Assembly (NCBI GenBank): GCA_005877705.1 | Contig: VBNY01000202.1 | Coordinates: forward strand, 4,242 to 36,470 | DNA: 32,229 bases | From: Gammaproteobacteria bacterium | GTDB lineage: Bacteria; Pseudomonadota; Gammaproteobacteria; Steroidobacterales; Steroidobacteraceae | Reading direction: 5' to 3' | Shown here: one piece after another, positions 18,242-31,247 of the stretch | How positions within the stretch are numbered: position 1 is the first letter of the stretch | How the letters are laid out: every line of letters starts with the position of its first letter | Position numbers and translations under genes: made by a program | The notes under the pieces: generated by a model | The model's database searches: none | Told to the model about the DNA's origin: nothing | What the model saw: only the letters and a program-made list of their open reading frames with translations

Positions 18242-18955
18242 GGGGAGTGCTCCTCGCTCGCGGCCGTGGCTCGTGCACGCAATAGCGCCGCCGCGATCAA
18301 CACATCGTCGGGGGCTGTGACCTTGATGTTCGTCGCCGACCCTTGCACCAGGCTCGGACACTCCCCGAGCCATTCCAGTGCCTGCGCCTCGTCTGATGGC
18401 CAACGCCCCGCCGCGAGCGCGCGATCCAATGCCTCGCACAGCCGTCCGTAGCGAAACATTTGCGGCGTCAATGCACGCCACAGACCGGCGCGATCGACGG
18501 TCTGCGCAACTTCCCGATCCCCACCCGTAGGGTCACCGCTTAGCCGCTCGCGCTTCAACGTGTCCGCGGCGGGAGCGGCCAGCAAGCCACCGAGCGGATG
18601 AGAGCCGAGGCGCCCGAGCAGGCGCTCGAGATCCTCCGCGGGAAGGCACGGCCGCGCGGCGTCGTGAACGAGTACCCAGTCTTGCGCGCTGGCTCGGTCC
18701 TGCAACGCGGCGAGACAAGCGCGTACTGACTGGCGGGGGCCGCGCCGTTTTGACCAGACGTTGCGCAACCTCTCCCCAGTACGCATCGCCCGCCCCGATG
18801 GCGACCACGGTTGCGGCGCAACGCGGGTCCGCCAGAAACGGTGCCAGCGCCCACTCAATGACCGTACGGCCGTGCAGCGGCGCGTACTGCTTCGGTCTGG
18901 ATCCGCCGAACCTGCGGCCCACACCCGCTGCCGGCAGGACGAGCCAATAACGCAT
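18238..18955 (-). pseudogene. ispD: 2-C-methyl-D-erythritol 4-phosphate cytidylyltransferase, frame interrupted around 18735-18751 (718 nt span)
   Basis: The N-terminus MRYWLVLPAAGVGRRFGGSRPKQYAPLHGRTVIEWAL...AIGAGDAYWGEVAQRLV is in the frame of track ORF 18533..19003. The remainder, RQSVRACLAAL...DWVLVHDAARPCLPAEDLERLL...[10 protein letters not shown]...[10 protein letters not shown], is in the frame of ORF 18238..19560. The switch falls at an A4 run (mRNA, 18748-18751) and a C5 run (18735-18739). Confidence 0.85.
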
Positions 18956-18989
18956 CGGAGAATTTGCCGAGGTGAGTTCTCGTGGGGTG

Positions 18990-19307
18990 TCAGCGAGCGG
19001 CAACGGCAGGCGCCGACCGACCGCCCGCGGCCGGCCGGGGCGGTACGACCTGATAGAAGGTCTCGTTGCCGCCGATCATGCCGAGATCGCTGCGCGCTCG
19101 CTCTTCCAGCGCCTCCATCCCCGTCTTGAGATCGCGCACTTCGGCGGCCAGCTGCTGGTTGCGCTCGGCGAGCCGCTCGTTCGCTACCCGCTGCACCGCG
19201 ACCGCCCGCTGCAGACGATCGAGCTCGCGCACGCCATCCTCCGACAGCCAGATCCGGTATTGCAGGACGACGACGACGGCAAACAACGCTGTCACGAGCC
19301 ACTTCAT
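18990..19307 (-). CDS. ftsB: Cell division protein FtsB
   Basis: The 105-aa ORF reads MKWLVTALFAVVVVLQYRIWLSEDGVRELDRLQRAV..Q...N..L..RNQQLAAEV.DLK.G.EALEERARSDLGMI. It has an N-terminal TM helix, a coiled coil and the conserved eno-ftsB-ispD position. Confidence 0.88.
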   Translation of the reverse strand: MKWLVTALFAVVVVLQYRIWLSEDGVRELDRLQRAVAVQRVANERLAERNQQLAAEVRDLKTGMEALEERARSDLGMIGGNETFYQVVPPRPAAGGRSAPAVAAR

Positions 19308-19363
19308 ACGCGCAACAGCCTAGCAGACAGCGCGCCGCGCGCGAAACTTCCGCGCCGGCCGCT

Positions 19364-20692
<1,329 letters not shown>

Positions 20693-21526
20693 TTACAGCA
20701 GCGATTCTTCGAACGGCCGGGCCTTGACCGCCCGGTCGAGCTCCCTGAGCGTCGCCAGCAGCGGCTCCATGCGCCCGAGCGGCCAGGCGTTCGGCCCGTC
20801 GGAAAGCGCCTGGTCCGGCTGCGGGTGGGTTTCCATGAACAGCCCCGCCACCCCGGCGGCGACCGCGGCGCGCGCCAGCACCGGAATGAACTCCCGCTGC
20901 CCGCCCGAGGCGGAGCCCTGCCCGCCGGGCAACTGCACGGAGTGCGTTGCAGCGAATACAACCGGACAGCCCGTGTCGCGCATGATCGACAGCGAGCGCA
21001 TGTCGGAGACCAGGTTGTTGTAGCCGAACGAGACGCCACGCTCGCACACGAGGATGGCGTGGTTGCCGGTCGAGCGCGCCTTGTCCACTACGTTGCGCAT
21101 CTCCCAGGGGGACAGAAACTGGCCCTTCTTGATGTTGACCGGCTTGCCCTGCGAGGCGGCGTTCAGGATGAAGTTGGTCTGGCGGCACAGGAATGCGGGG
21201 GTCTGCAGTACGTCCACCACCGCGGCGACTTCCGCCAGCGGCGTGTCCTCATGGACATCCGTCAGCACCGGCACGCCGACTGCACGCCGCACGTTCTCCA
21301 GCACCTTCAGCCCGGCATCGATTCCCGGACCCCGGTAGCTCGCGCCCGAGGAGCGATTGGCCTTGTCGTAGGATGCCTTGAAGATGAACGGGATCTGGAG
21401 CCGCGCGGTGATTTCCTTGAGCCGCCCGGCAATCTCCTCGGTGAGCGCCGGGCTCTCGATGACACAGGGGCCGGCGATCAGGAACAACGGCCGCTCGACC
21501 CCGACGTCATGTCCGACAAGCTTCAT
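20693..21526 (-). CDS. kdsA: 3-deoxy-8-phosphooctulonate (KDO8P) synthase
   Basis: [25 protein letters not shown]...[12 protein letters not shown]...[12 protein letters not shown]...[13 protein letters not shown]...[18 protein letters not shown]. The start is set at ATG 21526, which avoids overlap with the pyrG 3' end. Confidence 0.95.
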   Translation of the reverse strand: MKLVGHDVGVERPLFLIAGPCVIESPALTEEIAGRLKEITARLQIPFIFKASYDKANRSSGASYRGPGIDAGLKVLENVRRAVGVPVLTDVHEDTPLAEVAAVVDVLQTPAFLCRQTNFILNAASQGKPVNIKKGQFLSPWEMRNVVDKARSTGNHAILVCERGVSFGYNNLVSDMRSLSIMRDTGCPVVFAATHSVQLPGGQGSASGGQREFIPVLARAAVAAGVAGLFMETHPQPDQALSDGPNAWPLGRMEPLLATLRELDRAVKARPFEESLL

Positions 21527-21542
21527 GTCGGCAAGCTTACCT

Positions 21543-23237
<1,695 letters not shown>

Positions 23238-23287
23238 TTAACGACGGGCCAGCAGGCTACCACATCCGCAGCCCCTGCGGGGTGGGA

Positions 23288-24700
23288 TCAGTTCGTCCAG
23301 AGCAGTCGGGCGCGGCGCGGCGCGGGCGCGGTGGCCTGCACCGACGCATCGAGCCACAGATCAGCCACCGCGATCAACTGCTCTCCCGAGAACAGCAACG
23401 GCAGGCGCGCCCGCTGCGCCACGGACACATGAGCTTCCTGCAGTAAGCTCTTGAGCGCACGGCGCGGGCCGCCGCGCCGCGGGCGCAGCCGCTCGCCTCC
23501 CCGGCGCCAGCGGATCGTCAGCACCTCGGGCAGCGCGTCGAGGTCGAGCGGCCCGCGCTCATCGCTCTTGAGCTGCAGCCTGCCCAAGCGCCGGGGCAGG
23601 TCGCATGAGGATGCGGTCTGCCACGGCCAGGGAATCTCAGGCGGCGGCGACGCTGCGGCGGGCTCCGCCGCGCTGACGTCTCGCTCGCGCGTGCCGATGG
23701 ACAGCAGATCCGCATGGCGCTGCACGACCACGCGCCCCCACGCGACGCGGGGATTCGCGTCCGCGCGCGCATCGAGCAGCGGCCCGGCGATCTCCTCCAG
23801 CCGGCGCGTTTCCGGCACCAGCCGTCCCGACCCTGCGATCCAGAATCGCAGCGCATTGCGGCGCCGATCCGGAGCCAGCGCACGCAGCGCCTTGACGGAC
23901 AGCGAATCGCCGTCGCTCGCGCGCTCGACGTCGGCGCGCGCCAGCAAATCCAGGAGCCGCTGCGCCTCCGCCGCATGGCGCGCGGAGCGCGTCACCGCCA
24001 CCGCCGACCCGGGCCAGCGCGCGCGAATCAGAGGCAACACACGGTGCCGCAGATAGTTGCGATCCAGGCGCTCGTCGGCGTTCGTCTCGTCCTCGATCCA
24101 CGCGAGGCCGCGCGCGCGCACCCACGCTTCGAGCTCGGCGCGTGTACGTGACAGCAGCGGTCGGACGAGCCAACCGCTTGCAAAGGGCGCGATCGCCGGC
24201 ATGGCTGCCAATCCCGCGGGGCCGCTGCCACGCAGCAGCTGCAACAGCACCGTCTCGAGCTGATCGTCCTGCTGGTGCGCAGTCAACAGGATCTCGCCCT
24301 GGGCAAGTGTTTCCGCAAGCAGTCGATAGCGCGCCTCGCGTGCGGCCGCCTCCAGTGAGGCGCCGCGCGCACGCCTGACTTTCGTGGCGAGAACCTGGAG
24401 CGGCACACCGAGGCCGCGAGCGACAGAGCGGCAATGGGCGCTCCATTGTGGTGAGCTCGGATGCAGCCCGTGGTCCACGTGCACGGCCCGCAAACGAGGC
24501 TGTTTGCCGCGGCGCGCGGCCAGCGCCGCGAGCAGCGCCGTAGAGTCGATCCCGCCGCTCAGCGCAACGCACAGGGAAACGTCGGGGTAGTCCGGCACCA
24601 GACCGGTCAGATGCGCGGCGAGCCATTCGGGTCCGAAGGCGGCGTTGGCGGAAATCAACACGGCCACTTGCGCCTTGAGTACAGACGGGCTCCTCTGCAC
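23288..24700 (-). CDS. tilS: tRNA(Ile)-lysidine synthetase
   Basis: The 470-aa ORF has a GTG start and the PP-loop LCVALSGGIDSTALLAALA...LRAVHVDHGL...LLTAHQQDDQLETVLLQLLRGSG. Its start codon shares one base with the accA stop. Confidence 0.88.
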   Translation of the reverse strand: MQRSPSVLKAQVAVLISANAAFGPEWLAAHLTGLVPDYPDVSLCVALSGGIDSTALLAALAARRGKQPRLRAVHVDHGLHPSSPQWSAHCRSVARGLGVPLQVLATKVRRARGASLEAAAREARYRLLAETLAQGEILLTAHQQDDQLETVLLQLLRGSGPAGLAAMPAIAPFASGWLVRPLLSRTRAELEAWVRARGLAWIEDETNADERLDRNYLRHRVLPLIRARWPGSAVAVTRSARHAAEAQRLLDLLARADVERASDGDSLSVKALRALAPDRRRNALRFWIAGSGRLVPETRRLEEIAGPLLDARADANPRVAWGRVVVQRHADLLSIGTRERDVSAAEPAAASPPPEIPWPWQTASSCDLPRRLGRLQLKSDERGPLDLDALPEVLTIRWRRGGERLRPRRGGPRRALKSLLQEAHVSVAQRARLPLLFSGEQLIAVADLWLDASVQATAPAPRRARLLWTN

Positions 24701-25662
24701 TACCCGGTCTCGGAAAACACTCCGAACGAGGCGATCTTGCTCGAGCGCACCGCCCGCAGCTGATCGCGCGGCGTCGATTCGAGCTGCTCCAGATGCCGCA
24801 CGAGGGCCTCCTTGAGCTTGCCGGACATGGCGGTGGGGTCACGATGCGCGCCGCCGAGGGGCTCCTCGATCACCTCGTCCACGAGCCCGAGCTTGTCGAG
24901 GCGATCGGCCGTGAGGTTGAGGGCTTCGGCGGCCGCCTCCTTCTTGTCCTGGCTCTTCCACAGGATCGAGGCGCAGCCCTCCGGCGAGATCACCGAGTAA
25001 GTGCTGTACTGGAGCATCAGCAGCCGGTCGCACACACCGATGGCGAGCGCACCGCCCGAGCCGCCCTCGCCGGTGACGACCGTCACGATCGGCACGCTCA
25101 GAACCGACATCTCGAACAGGTTGCGCGCGATGGCCTCGCTCTGCCCGCGCTCCTCCGCGCCCACGCCCGGGTAAGCGCCCTGGGTATCGATCAGCGTGAT
25201 CAGTGGCATGCTGAAGCGCTCGGCGAGCCGCATCAGGCGCAGCGCCTTGCGATACCCCTCCGGTTTCGGCATGCCGTAGTTGCGGCGCACGCGCTCCTTG
25301 GTGTCGCGGCCTTTCTGGTGGCCGATGACCATGATCGCGCGCCCCTCGATCCGCGCCAGACCGCCGACGATCGCCAGGTCGTCGGCGTACATGCGATCGC
25401 CGTGCAGCTCGTTGAACTCGCTGCAGATCGCGTTCAGGTAGTCGAGCGTGTAAGGCCGCTGCGGATGGCGCGCGAGCTGCGTGATCTGCCACGGCGTGAG
25501 GCTCGCGAAGATGCTGGTGGTGAGCTGGCGGCTCTTCGCCTGCAGCCGGCCGATCTCCTCCTGAATGTTGACCTCGGAGTCCGAGGGGATGTGCTTGAGC
25601 TCCTCGATCTTCGCTTCGAGCTCGGCAATCGGTTGTTCGAAATCCAGGAAGGCAACGGCCAT
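24700..25662 (-). CDS. accA: Acetyl-CoA carboxylase carboxyltransferase alpha subunit
   Basis: [23 protein letters not shown] (E. coli [19 protein letters not shown])...[20 protein letters not shown]...[13 protein letters not shown]. Confidence 0.97.
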   Translation of the reverse strand: MAVAFLDFEQPIAELEAKIEELKHIPSDSEVNIQEEIGRLQAKSRQLTTSIFASLTPWQITQLARHPQRPYTLDYLNAICSEFNELHGDRMYADDLAIVGGLARIEGRAIMVIGHQKGRDTKERVRRNYGMPKPEGYRKALRLMRLAERFSMPLITLIDTQGAYPGVGAEERGQSEAIARNLFEMSVLSVPIVTVVTGEGGSGGALAIGVCDRLLMLQYSTYSVISPEGCASILWKSQDKKEAAAEALNLTADRLDKLGLVDEVIEEPLGGAHRDPTAMSGKLKEALVRHLEQLESTPRDQLRAVRSSKIASFGVFSETG

Positions 25663-25720
25663 GAACGAGGGAGGGTACGGGCGCGCCGCGCCGTGCGCAA
25701 GCGCACGGCGAAGCGCTCAA

Positions 25721-28700
25721 TCAGCGTCCGTCAGCGGAAAACGATGCGCCGGCGGCGGCCGCCGGCGCGCCGTACACCACGTCTACGGCGCCGCGACCGA
25801 CCAGCCCTTCGAGCTGCTCGAGCAACTCGCGGCTCGCGCGCACGCTCCACTCGTTGCCGAGCGTCAGCGCGCCGCAGGCGCCCGAGCCCGTATATTCGAC
25901 AGTGACAGCGCAGGGACCGGGACGCCATGGCGCCAGTACCTCGGCAAGCCGGGCGGACAGCGCTGCGGAGTCGGCGCGCGGCGGCCACTTGAGCACCAGG
26001 CGCCGCGCCTGCTGCTCGCGCACCTTGTCGAGCTCGGTAATGCGGCGCGCGGCCAGGCGCCAGGAGTCGCTGAACTCATCGAAGCGCAGCATGCCCTCGA
26101 TCAGCACCAATGCATCCTTGGCGATGAGGTCGCGGTACTTCTGGTAGGTCTCCTCGAACAGCGTGACCTCGATCCGGCCGGTGCGGTCATCCAGTGTCAG
26201 GATCACGCGCGGGCCGCGCTTCTTGACCTCATCGATGAGTCCGGCGACCGTGACGGCCTTGCCGCCTCCGAAGCGACCCGGCTCCAGGCCGGCGACGGGC
26301 TTGTCGCTCACCAGATCGCCGATGCGGTGCGAGACGCAGCGCGCCAGCCCCGCCTCGAACCGCCCTATCGGGTGGCCCGTCAGGTACAGGCCGAGGGGGG
26401 CAGCTCCAGCGCGCGCGCAGGCAACGGCGCGGCGGCACGCTCGTCGGGCGCGAGCCCGAACAGATCGTCCTGCCCGGCCTGGTGCGCCTTCGAGTCCTGA
26501 TCGCCGAGCTGCATCGCCGCCGGCAGGCGCTGCATGAGCGTCGCGCGGTTGGCGCCGAGGCCGTCGAGGCTGCCCGAGCGCAGCAGCGCTTCCAACACGC
26601 GGCGGTTGACTTTCTGCAAATCGAGCCGGCGGCACAAGTCCTCGAGGCTCCTGTAGGGCCCGTGCGCCTCGCGCTCACCGATCAACTCCTCCACCGCGCC
26701 CTGCCCCACGCCGCGCACGGCGCCCAGCCCATATCGGATCGCGCGGTCGCCGGCGGCGGCGAACTCGTAGCGCGAGGTGTTGATGTCCGGAGGGCGGACC
26801 TCGAGAGCGATATCGGTGCACTCCTTGATGAGCGTGACGACCTTGTCTGTGTGATCCATGTCCGCCGACAGCACCGCCGCCATGAACTCCGCCGGGTAGT
26901 GCGCCTTGAGGTAGGCAGTCTGATAGGAGAGCAGCGCGTAGGCGGCGGAGTGCGACTTGTTGAAGCCGTAGCCGGCGAACTTCTCCATGAGGTCGAAGAT
27001 ATGCGCGGCGAGCCCCTGGCGGGCGCCGCGTGCGAGCGCGCCGTTCACGAACACGGAGCGCTGCTTGGCCATCTCCTCGGGGCTCTTCTTGCCCATCGCG
27101 CGGCGCAGCAGATCCGCGCCGCCGAGCGTGTAGCCCGCCAGCACCTGCGCGATCTGCATGACCTGCTCCTGGTACAGGATCACGCCGTAGGTCGGCTTGA
27201 GGATCGTCTCCAGGCTCGGGTGCAGGTAGTCGATCGGGCCCGAGCTGTTGCCGTGCTTGCGGCTGATGAAGTCATCCACCATGCCCGACTGCAGCGGTCC
27301 CGGCCGAAACAGCGCCACCAGCGCCACGATGTCCTCGAAGCAGTCCGGCTGCAGCCGGCGGATCAGATCCTTCATGCCGCGCGACTCGAGCTGGAACACC
27401 GCAGTCGTGCGGCAGGACTTCAGCAACGTGTAGGTGTCGGCATCGTCCATCGGCAGCGCGCCGATATCGAGCGCCGGCGCGCCGGGCAGCGCGCGCGTGC
27501 GGTTGATGATCGCCACGGCGCGGTCGATGATCGTCAGCGTGCGCAGCCCGAGGAAGTCGAACTTCACGAGCCCCGCGGCCTCGACGTCGTCCTTGTCGAA
27601 CTGCGTGACGACGCTGCCGCCGGAGTCGTCACGATATAGAGGCGCGAAGTCCGTCAACACCGACGGCGCGATCACGACTCCGCCGGCGTGCACGCCGGCG
27701 TTGCGGGTCAGCCCCTCGAGCGAGCGCGCGAGGTCGATGAGGTTCCTGACTTCATCCTCCGACTCGTACAGCTTCTTCAGCTCCGGCTCCTTCGCGAGCG
27801 CCTCCTCGAGAGTGATGCCGAGCTCGAAGGGAATGAGCTTCGCGATCCGGTCCACGTAGCCGTAGCTCATGCCGAGCACGCGGCCGACGTCGCGCACGAC
27901 GGCCTTCGCGGCCATGGTGCCGTAGGTGATGATCTGCGAGACTCGCTCGCGCCCGTATTTGTGGGCGACGTACTCGATGACCCGGTCGCGGCCGTCCATG
28001 CAGAAATCGACGTCGAAGTCGGGCATGGAGACGCGCTCGGGATTCAGGAAGCGCTCGAACAGCAGGTCGTACTTGAGCGGGTCGAGGTCCGTGATGCCGA
28101 GACTGTAGGCGACCAGCGAGCCCGCGCCGGAGCCACGGCCCGGTCCGACCGGCACGCCGTTGGCGCGCGCCCAGTGGATGAAATCCGCGACGATCAGAAA
28201 ATAGCCGGCGAATCCCATCTGGCAGATGACATCGAGCTCGCTGCGCAGGCGCTCGTGGTAGTGCGCGGCCGGGGCCGTCCCGGCCTGCTGCGCCAGCCGT
28301 TGCGCCAGCCCGCGCGCGGCTTGCTCGCGCAGGAAGTCCTCCGTGCCAACACCGCTCGGCAGCGGATATTTTGGCAGCCGCACCTCGCCGAGCTTCAGGA
28401 TCAGACTGCAGCGCCGCGCGATCTCGACAGAGTTGGCGAGCGCCTCCGGCACGTCGGCAAACAAGGCGGCCATCTCCTGCGGCGCGCGCAGGTACTGCTG
28501 GTGGCTGTAACGGCGCACGCGGCCCGAATCCGTCAGCAGCGCGCCGTCGTGGATGCACACCCGGGCCTCGTGCGACTCGAAGTCGTCGGACTCGAGAAAG
28601 CGCACATCGTTGGTCGCGACCACGGGCACGCCGCGCCGCGCCGCAAGCGCCACGGCCGCGGCTATGTAGCTCTCCTCATCCGGCCGCCCGAGCCGCTGCA

Positions 28701-29202
28701 GCTCGATGTAGAAGCGCTCCGGAAACAGTGCGAGCCACTGATCGAGCGCGCGCTCCGCATCCTGCTCGCGTGCGTTCACGAGCGCCCGCCCGACATCGCC
28801 TTCCATCGCGCAGGAGAGCGCCACCACACCCTCGAGGTCGCGAGGCGACAGCCAGCTGCGGTCGATCATCGGGACGCCGCGTTGCTGCCCCTCGAGGTAC
28901 GCGCGACTCACGAGCCGCGTGACGTTGCCGTAGCCGGTCTGTGACTGACACAACAGCGCGATCTTCGACGCCTGCTGCCGCTCGCCGCCTTCGCGTATGG
29001 TCAGATCCACGCCGACGATGGGCTTCACCCCGCGCGCCAGCGCCTCGCGATAGAACTTCACCATCGCGAACAGATTGCTCTGGTCAGTGACCGCCACCGC
29101 CGCCATGCCCGCCTCGGCGACGGCGTTGACGAGCTCCGGCACGCGCACCACGCTGTCGATCAGCGAGTACTCGGTATGCAGGCGAAGGTGAACGAATCCC
29201 AT
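25721..29202 (-). pseudogene. dnaE: DNA polymerase III alpha subunit, frame interrupted at a G6/C6 homopolymer (26395-26400); 3482-nt span
   Basis: [18 protein letters not shown] (PHP domain)...through ...[27 protein letters not shown], then a premature TGA, in track ORF 26380..29244. The C-terminal OB-fold/tau-binding part, [14 protein letters not shown]...VTVAGLIDEVKKRGPRVILTLDDRTGRIEVTLFEETY..., is in the frame of ORF 25721..26635. One extra C in the run would give a 1160-aa protein. Confidence 0.9.
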
Positions 29203-29240
29203 GCACTTCGGTTCCCAAGGCACTCTCAGGCGCGAACCAT

Positions 29241-29906
29241 TCAAGGCTCGGCGCCGGTGTCCGTCAAGCGCTCATCGACCTCAGGAATGAGCAGCGGTTC
29301 CATCGCGCTCCTTACCGGACTGAACGACCTGCGATGCAGCGGTGAGGGCTCGCGCCAGCGCAGCGCTTCGAGGTGCGCGCGCGTGCAGTAGCCCTTGTGA
29401 GCGGCCAGCTGGAACCCGGGGTAGCACAGGTCCAGCGCCTCCATCATCGCGTCCCGGTGGGTCTTCGCCAGAATCGACGCCGCGCTGATCGCAGCGACAG
29501 TGGCGTCGCCCTCCACGATCGCCTCGAGCGTACAGCCGAGGCGCAGATCCTCGACGCAGGGCAACTGGTTGCCGTCGATTTGCACGTGCGTCGGGCACAC
29601 GGGCAAGCGCAACAGCGCGCGACGCATGGCGAGAAACGTCGCGCCGAGGATGTTCAACGCATCGATCTCATCGCGATCGGCCCACGCGACCGCCCACGCC
29701 AAAGCGCGCGTGCGTATGATCGGCGCGAGCCGCCCGCGCTCTTGCGGCGAGAGAACCTTGGAGTCGGCCAAGCCGTCTATACGACGGCGAGGATGCAGGA
29801 TCACGGCCGCGGCCACCACCGGGCCCGCCAGCGGTCCCCGGCCGGCCTCATCGATTCCGGCGACCCGCGACGGTCGTGCGCGGACGCGCCTACGGAACCA
29901 CCTCAC
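29241..29906 (-). CDS. rnhB: Ribonuclease HII
   Basis: The 221-aa ORF has a GTG start with a GTGA overlap with the lpxB stop, and reads [23 protein letters not shown]...DSKVLS...ASILAK..RD..M. Confidence 0.92.
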   Translation of the reverse strand: MRWFRRRVRARPSRVAGIDEAGRGPLAGPVVAAAVILHPRRRIDGLADSKVLSPQERGRLAPIIRTRALAWAVAWADRDEIDALNILGATFLAMRRALLRLPVCPTHVQIDGNQLPCVEDLRLGCTLEAIVEGDATVAAISAASILAKTHRDAMMEALDLCYPGFQLAAHKGYCTRAHLEALRWREPSPLHRRSFSPVRSAMEPLLIPEVDERLTDTGAEP

Positions 29907-31114
29907 GTGTTATCCCCGCGCAGACATTCAAGGATCGCAGATGCCGCCCGCTCCGCGCCGCCGCGGCGCAGAGTCTCGTGCACACGACGAAACTCCCTTT
30001 GCAGCTCGTTCACGCGCTCGCGATCCTCGAGCTGACCCAGGAGCGCGCTGCCGAGTGCTGCGCCACTCACCTGCTCCTGGAAGAACTCGGGCACGAGCCG
30101 CCGTCCGACCAGCAGGTTGGGTTGCGAGAAGTAAGGCACCTTCACCAGTCCCAGTCGCCGCAGGAGGAATGCGGTGAGCGCTCCCAGGCGATACGCCACC
30201 ACCATCGGCCTCCCCGACAGCAGCGTCTCGAGTGTAGCGGTTCCGGAGGCGACGAGCACCGCATCCGCAGCCGCCAGGGCGCGCTGCGCCTGTCCGTCGA
30301 GCACACGAATCGCAGGCGCCGCGGGCAGGTCCGCGATTTTCCTCTCGAACGCCCGACGCACGCCTGGCGTTGCCATGGGTGCGATGAACTCAAATCCCCG
30401 CCGGCGCGCCGCGATCCACGCCGCCGCCGACGCGAAGTCCGCTCCCAGCCGCTCGACCTCCCCCATTCTGCTGCCGGGCAGCAGCGCGACGAGCGTCACG
30501 GCCGGATCGACCTCGAGCGCGCGCCGCGCGCCGTCCCGATCGACCTCGAGCGGAATCTGATCCGCCAGCGGATGTCCGACGAACACGGCCGACACAGCGT
30601 GCCGCGCGTAGAAATCGCTCTCAAACGGCAACAGACATAACACGAGGTCGCACGCGCGGCCGATGCTGCGCACGCGCCCCTGCCGCCAGGCCCAGACCTG
30701 CGGACTGACGTACTGGACGGTCTTCAGCCCCGAGCGCTTGAGCCGCCTGGCGAGTCCCAGGTTGAACTCCGGCGAGTCGATCCCGACGAACACGTGGGGA
30801 CGCGCAGCGCGAAAACGCGCGGTCAGGGAGGCTCGCAGCCGCAGGAGCCGCGGCAGGTGACGCACAACCTCCGTGAGACCCATGACCGCGAGCTCGTCAG
30901 CCGCCGCCCAGGCCTCGCAGCCGGCCGCGAGCATCCTCGGACCGGCCACTCCAAAGCATTGCACGTGCGGCACGCGGGCCCGCAGCGCTGCGATCAGCGC
31001 AGCGCCGAGCTGATCGCCCGAGGACTCTCCTGCGACGATGGCGACGCGCAGCGATTCCGCGGCGGCGCCCGGGGTCCCACGAAATTGAGCGTCTGGTTCG
31101 ACGGTGCGCGCCAT
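29903..31114 (-). CDS. lpxB: Lipid-A-disaccharide synthase
   Basis: [69 protein letters not shown] is collinear with E. coli LpxB (LTIALVAGETSGD...FVGVAGPRMQAEGCEAW). ATG 31112-31114 is preferred over the track's TTG 31132. The first 15 codons lie inside the tandem repeat. Confidence 0.9.
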   Translation of the reverse strand: MARTVEPDAQFRGTPGAAAESLRVAIVAGESSGDQLGAALIAALRARVPHVQCFGVAGPRMLAAGCEAWAAADELAVMGLTEVVRHLPRLLRLRASLTARFRAARPHVFVGIDSPEFNLGLARRLKRSGLKTVQYVSPQVWAWRQGRVRSIGRACDLVLCLLPFESDFYARHAVSAVFVGHPLADQIPLEVDRDGARRALEVDPAVTLVALLPGSRMGEVERLGADFASAAAWIAARRRGFEFIAPMATPGVRRAFERKIADLPAAPAIRVLDGQAQRALAAADAVLVASGTATLETLLSGRPMVVAYRLGALTAFLLRRLGLVKVPYFSQPNLLVGRRLVPEFFQEQVSGAALGSALLGQLEDRERVNELQREFRRVHETLRRGGAERAASAILECLRGDNT

Positions 31115-31225
31115 CAGTAGCGTAGGGCTCAATTTCGTGGGGTGGAGTCCGGGGTCCCACGAAATTGTGCGTCTGGTTCGACGGTGCGCGCCATCAGTAG
31201 CGTAGGGCTCAATTTCGTGGGGTGG
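31069..31225. repeat. Tandem direct repeat, 2 x 77 nt (31069-31145 and 31149-31225, 3-nt spacer, one mismatch), each copy containing a 15-bp inverted repeat
   Basis: Direct reading shows both copies as CCGGGGTCCCACGAAATTG[A/T]GCGTCTGGTTCGACGGTGCGCGCCATCAGTAGCGTAGGGCTCAATTTCGTGGGGTGG. The mismatch is 31088 a versus 31168 t. The arms are CCCACGAAATTGAGC (31076-31090; 31156-31170) and GCTCAATTTCGTGGG (31127-31141; 31207-31221). Confidence 0.95.
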
Positions 31226-31247
31226 CCGGTCCGCCCGGTCGCCGCGC

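Noticed and set aside
25690-25709. Perfect palindrome GCCGTGCGC-AA-GCGCACGGC between the dnaE stop and the accA start, considered as a possible terminator.
   Set aside because: No U tract follows on the coding (minus) strand and accA starts 28 nt beyond. It is more likely a structural or processing hairpin, or chance GC-rich symmetry, than an intrinsic terminator.
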